Shown here: positions 60,350 to 64,000 of the stretch, piece after piece
Layout: each line of letters begins with the position of its first letter
How positions within the stretch are numbered: the stretch's first letter is position 1
Origin: an uncultured virus (IMG/VR IMGVR_UViG_3300029305_009261)
Taxonomy: Duplodnaviria > Heunggongvirae > Uroviricota > Caudoviricetes
DNA length: 64,000 nucleotides
Reading direction: 5' to 3' (one strand)
IMG/VR virus record: IMGVR_UViG_3300029305_009261
The notes under the pieces: generated by a model
Told to the model about the DNA's origin: nothing
The model's input: the letters and a program-made list of their open reading frames with translations, nothing else
Database searches by the model: none
Made by a program: the position numbers and the translations under genes

Positions 60350-60383
60350 ATATTAGCTAACATTTGGTTTAAGATAACGGGAA
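60350..60383 (-). promoter_or_regulatory. Promoter-like motif, copy 12
   Basis: atattagctaacatttggtttaagataacgggaa. Confidence 0.75.
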
Positions 60384-60405
60384 GTTTAAAAAAAATATGT
60401 ATATA

Positions 60406-60428
60406 TTAGTATATGTAAAAGTTTGACA
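60406..60428. repeat. 23 bp box identical to 33625..33647
   Basis: ttagtatatgtaaaagtttgaca. Confidence 0.75.
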
Positions 60429-60464
60429 TAAAAAATTTATTCAAAATGAAAGAAAATAAAAGAA

Positions 60465-60488
60465 AAGAACAGGAATTTTTCCTGTTCT
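60465..60488 (-). terminator. Intrinsic terminator
   Basis: agaacaggaa...ttcctgttct. Confidence 0.7.
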
Positions 60489-60501
60489 AAAGAATGCCTT
60501 A

Positions 60502-61017
60502 TTAAGATAAAGATTGATAATAAGGTCGAAAATTTTCTAGTTGTTCAGATAATGTTTCCATTACGTTAGTTACAATTTCTTGTCGAACAACATTTCGTCC
60601 TTTTGTCACATCCGAATGAAGTGTTTTACAAAAGACGGTTCCATCGATATATAAGCCAATACAAATAGTACCTACAGAAGCTTTTTCATCTCCTCCGGTA
60701 GGTCCAGCATATCCTGTAATCCCAACACCGACTTCTGCATGAGCTTGCATTGCCGCACCAATCGCCATCTGAATAGCCACCTCTTCGCTAACTACTCCAT
60801 ATTTTTCGATATTTGCAGGGTCAACACCAACGAATTTGGTTTTGGCATCTTCAGAATAAGTAACAAAGCTCATTTCTAACACTTCAGAAGCGCCGGGAAC
60901 ACTAGCTATTTCAGATGTAAACAGCCCTGCCGTACAGGATTCTGCTGCGGATATTTTCCAGCCATAGTCTTTTAATGTAGAAACTACAATTTCTGTAGAA
61001 TTATTTTCGTTATTCAT
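60502..61017 (-). CDS. cinA: CinA C-terminal domain / NMN deamidase (PncC-like)
   Basis: AESCTAG, PGAS, VTYSEDAK, YGVVSEEVA..MA.GA and ITGYAGPTGG motifs. Confidence 0.92.
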   Translation of the reverse strand: MNNENNSTEIVVSTLKDYGWKISAAESCTAGLFTSEIASVPGASEVLEMSFVTYSEDAKTKFVGVDPANIEKYGVVSEEVAIQMAIGAAMQAHAEVGVGITGYAGPTGGDEKASVGTICIGLYIDGTVFCKTLHSDVTKGRNVVRQEIVTNVMETLSEQLENFRPYYQSLS

Positions 61018-61036
61018 TATAAAAAAACCTCCAACA

Positions 61037-61681
61037 CTACATCACTAAATGTCTCAAAGATTCTGTATTGACACAGAGAGTTTGCATAGTTTCTAAAAAT
61101 TGCTCACTAGAGAAATATGTCATTTTCTTCTCAATAGCTTCTAAAACTGGCATAATTTTCTGTTCACAGATTTCATAAGCCTGTTGCGTCAGTAATCCAT
61201 CTTCTGTATAGGTAGAAACTGGTTCTGGAACAAACTCATTTACTAACTCTTCAATAGTTTGTGGAACTCTAGCAGAAGAATCACAATAAAGCGGTACTGC
61301 AGGTAAATCAATATCAGCCTCTTCATACACATGTAAATGATATATAGCACAAAGAGTCATCCACTCTTGTTCGGAGAAACAACCTTGAATATATTGATTT
61401 TTAAAATCAGAAGTAGCATTTAAAGTTTTGTTTAACGCTTCTTCATATTCCATACCATCATCTTGATATTCGATTAGACAATCTCCGGCATCTTCCAAAA
61501 AAGACAGATTATTTTTTAGAAGATTATATTCCTCTTCCGAAAGATAATAACCCATATTATTTTGGATATTTTCTTTTGCATAATCATGTAATACTTCTTG
61601 ATAACACATTTGTTTTTCTGCTGAAGTTAAGTCAATTTGTTTTCCATCACGGATAATATACATAAAAATGAATCCTTTCAT
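61037..61681 (-). CDS. Hypothetical protein (tail RHLVM)
   Basis: 214 aa ORF. Confidence 0.7.
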   Translation of the reverse strand: MKGFIFMYIIRDGKQIDLTSAEKQMCYQEVLHDYAKENIQNNMGYYLSEEEYNLLKNNLSFLEDAGDCLIEYQDDGMEYEEALNKTLNATSDFKNQYIQGCFSEQEWMTLCAIYHLHVYEEADIDLPAVPLYCDSSARVPQTIEELVNEFVPEPVSTYTEDGLLTQQAYEICEQKIMPVLEAIEKKMTYFSSEQFLETMQTLCVNTESLRHLVM

Positions 61682-61687
61682 TTGGAA

Positions 61688-62131
61688 TTACTTAGTAAGA
61701 ATGGAAGGGTGAATACTTTCTGTTATTTTTGCGGTATCTAAAATCTCTTTAGAAACAATAATGTCTTTCGGTCTAGGAGTTGATACGGTAAAAGTAAGAT
61801 AATCAAGACCGACAGCATAAAGGTCTGAGTCTTTTGAATCTCTTGTGTCAACAAAAAAATCTTCAATTGAGGAGACATTCTCTAAATCGTTTTCAGAAAG
61901 TAAAAACAGGTCATAAAAAGAATCTGAATCAGGAAAAGTCATTAAGAAATCTGCAAGATAAGGGTCTTTTTTATTGATAGACCCGGCATACATATGAAAA
62001 TCAAAACGGACATATTTCCCATTCATAGACATTTCGTATCCACCCGGGCTAATATAGTCATCAGCAGTCAGAGGTCGATTAAAACGAATGCCTGCAGACA
62101 TACTAAAATTAAGTTGATAACGGTTGTTCAT
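61688..62131 (-). CDS. Hypothetical protein, paralog of 55927 (tail SILTK)
   Basis: YISPGGY...FDF...KKDP...IEDFFV. Confidence 0.7.
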   Translation of the reverse strand: MNNRYQLNFSMSAGIRFNRPLTADDYISPGGYEMSMNGKYVRFDFHMYAGSINKKDPYLADFLMTFPDSDSFYDLFLLSENDLENVSSIEDFFVDTRDSKDSDLYAVGLDYLTFTVSTPRPKDIIVSKEILDTAKITESIHPSILTK

Positions 62132-62350
62132 TGGTAAAACCTCTAATTATTTTTTGAAACTACATAGATATATTGTGAACTCTAGGAAGTTCTTTGTTAT
62201 TTTCTGGGTCAATTATCAGGTCCTTTTCAGAAGACCGTAAATATTCAGCCAATGTCATTTTCTTTGTATCAAAAGACATTCCTCTTCCAACAGACCCAAT
62301 TACTAATATTTTTGAATAGTTTTTATTTGTTTTCTTCATTCTTAAACTCC

Positions 62351-63223
62351 TTATTTCATAGTTGGTGGATTATTTTGCGCCAGTATATGGTCATGCTCTT
62401 CTGCAAAAGTTTTCATTTTTTGGAACATTACTTTACTTCTAAGAAATGCTTCTAAACCAACTTCAAAACGGTTAATAAGATAAGCAATATCGTCAGCCGT
62501 ATAATGAGCTTCCTCTGAAGCTTCATTTCGCATATCCGCCAATTCGTTTAGTGTATAGTTATTTACATAAAAATCTTCTAATAAAACTACAGAATTAGAG
62601 TCAAGAGATAAAAGAAGTGCTTCAAAACATGTCTGGCTGAAAGCTTCTACCATAGCTTCTGTAACAGTTTCCTTTTTTTCCATAGCTTCTTTTAATTTTT
62701 GTCTTAAATTTAGTTGTGGAGGAGCTATAAAAAGACCTTGAAATAATTCTGCTTTTGGGAAATCACCATAGCAAATTTTATATTGGTCACTATTTAAAAC
62801 CATCTGAACGATAGGTTTTACTTGATTTTCCCAACTCAAATGACCGTTGGTACATCCGGGCATAGGAAGGTATACATTTCCGGAAATATTATTCTTTTTA
62901 ATCGCTTTCTCTAATTGAAAACAACTTTGACGAATAAGATTTAAATCACTATCGTCTTTCCAATGGTGTTTTGTAGGAAAAGAAAATAAATGCACGGTTT
63001 TATTATCTATTTTTGCTTGCCCAAGATAATAAACTTGATTTCCTTTTTTAGAAACTAAAGTTCCTAAGAAAGTATCAAGACCTTCAAATTTATCTCGAAA
63101 AGTTTTTGCGATACCTGCTCCCATTACAAGAGCTCCATTTTGGCGGACCACACCATTAGTGGTGATACATAAAGCATCGCCATCTTTACAAGAGGAAAAC
63201 ATATTTTCATTTAATAATTGCAT
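62351..63223 (-). CDS. Macrodomain protein (phage type) with C-terminal extension (tail PPTMK)
   Basis: ITTNG...VMGAGIAK...FPTKHHW...LPMPGCTNGHLSW. Confidence 0.85.
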   Translation of the reverse strand: MQLLNENMFSSCKDGDALCITTNGVVRQNGALVMGAGIAKTFRDKFEGLDTFLGTLVSKKGNQVYYLGQAKIDNKTVHLFSFPTKHHWKDDSDLNLIRQSCFQLEKAIKKNNISGNVYLPMPGCTNGHLSWENQVKPIVQMVLNSDQYKICYGDFPKAELFQGLFIAPPQLNLRQKLKEAMEKKETVTEAMVEAFSQTCFEALLLSLDSNSVVLLEDFYVNNYTLNELADMRNEASEEAHYTADDIAYLINRFEVGLEAFLRSKVMFQKMKTFAEEHDHILAQNNPPTMK

Positions 63224-63297
63224 AAAAATACTCCTAAATAGTTAAAATTACATTGTTCTTGAAACATCTACTTATTATTTAATTTCTCCTGTTGAGT

Positions 63298-63558
63298 TTA
63301 CCTGTGAAAGATATTTTTATTTCTGTCTGTAGTGAAGAAATCTTCAAAATCCCACTCTTCACTATCTGGGAGCATATTTTTAATAAATTGAGTGATTTCT
63401 TCTTGTGTGTCAAAATGTTCATTGGCATATTTTACAATATTTTCAGCCGTATCAAGGAGTAACATATAGCTATAGCTATCATTATTTCTAGAATAATCTT
63501 TTTGAATATAATGAATACATTCTTCAACATCAAATGGAAAATCTCTTTTGGATAACAT
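63298..63558 (-). CDS. Hypothetical protein (tail NIFHR)
   Basis: Similar to the C-terminal domain of 45879. Confidence 0.7.
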   Translation of the reverse strand: MLSKRDFPFDVEECIHYIQKDYSRNNDSYSYMLLLDTAENIVKYANEHFDTQEEITQFIKNMLPDSEEWDFEDFFTTDRNKNIFHR

Positions 63559-63585
63559 AATACAATCCTCTACTTTTAAAAATTC

Positions 63586-63942
63586 TTAAAACATGGTTGG
63601 AGCATTATATTGGGATTCTTTTTGTGCAGACCATTCGCAATAGGCTTCTCCATGAGAACAAAACCGTTCAATTAAACCTAGTGTAAAGGAATAAGAATAT
63701 CCAGTATGCCCACTATCTTTCATAAAATCATAAACTTGTTGGAATTTGTCTTCTGCCTCAGAAAAAAGAATTTCTTGAATTTCTAAAAGTTCTTTTATCA
63801 TTCTGGGATTTTCCAAATTCTTTGAAACAAACTCATACCAATTTGACCACTGGGATTCTGGGAAAAGCTTATAACCTTTTTCTAACCATTTTGGGATATT
63901 AAGAAGAAGGTCTTTTGAATAATTGTTTTTAAAAGTGTTCAT
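63586..63942 (-). CDS. Hypothetical protein (tail APTMF)
   Basis: 118 aa ORF, GHTG.S motif. Confidence 0.7.
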   Translation of the reverse strand: MNTFKNNYSKDLLLNIPKWLEKGYKLFPESQWSNWYEFVSKNLENPRMIKELLEIQEILFSEAEDKFQQVYDFMKDSGHTGYSYSFTLGLIERFCSHGEAYCEWSAQKESQYNAPTMF

Positions 63943-64000
63943 ATCTAAATTCCTTTGTTTTGAAAATACTCTTTTTATTTTTGGAAATAAAAATTTTGAT

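Noticed and set aside
2026..60383. The repeated 34 bp motif as a CRISPR repeat or Xer/attC recombination site
   Set aside because: Copies are kilobases apart with no spacer periodicity, are asymmetric rather than dyad, and always sit before a start codon, mostly after a terminator. A promoter fits better.
319..62455. Short plus-strand ORFs in the track (319, 2279, 4625, 5568, 12584, 23974, 54743 etc.) and nested minus ORFs (19961, 48817, 51177, 59333)
   Set aside because: They are antisense or out-of-frame shadows of longer, better supported genes.
10215..63558. The Arg-stop tail as a DNA motif (AGATAA next to the following SD)
   Set aside because: The terminal Arg uses several codons, Met and Lys endings also occur, and the residues before it follow an amino-acid pattern.
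1..64000. Alternative genetic code (stop-codon reassignment)
   Set aside because: Known genes (PhoH, dUTPase, CinA, sigma factors) are intact under code 11, and TAA, TAG and TGA all end genes at sensible positions.

Overview
AT-rich window from a large mobile element of a Firmicute (Clostridia/Lachnospiraceae-like SD sites and proteins). It could be a megaplasmid, an ICE or a phage-plasmid; no capsid, integrase, relaxase, rRNA, tRNA or CRISPR is visible. About 95 genes lie on the minus strand and only 3233..3772 is on plus. Most are small hypothetical proteins. Recognisable products include two metallophosphoesterases, PIN-PhoH, dUTPase, two tandem sigma factors, an orphan HicB, a MotA/FliG-like chimera, a PIG-L deacetylase, an NlpC/P60 protein, an ART-like protein, HNH, YopX, DpnD/PcfM, CinA/PncC and a macrodomain. 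Three hidden layers stand out. (1) Roughly 45-50 unrelated cytoplasmic proteins end in a shared tail, ...[P/Q]-x-hydrophobic-[T/S/Q]-[R/M/K]-COOH, appended beyond their domains. Sec-exported proteins and a 22-26 kb island largely lack it. It is a candidate translocation (T4SS) or packaging signal marking a large effector/cargo set. (2) A 12-copy tripartite intergenic motif, CCG-N5-TTAAACCA-N5-TAGCTAATA on the minus strand, heads transcription units, including both sigma genes. It is a candidate element-specific promoter. (3) An AGTATTTTCAA-like box sits just upstream of the SD of many tagged genes. There is also a poly-G frameshifted secreted Cys-rich protein and several shuffled paralog families. 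All family calls come from motif recognition by eye; no searches were run.
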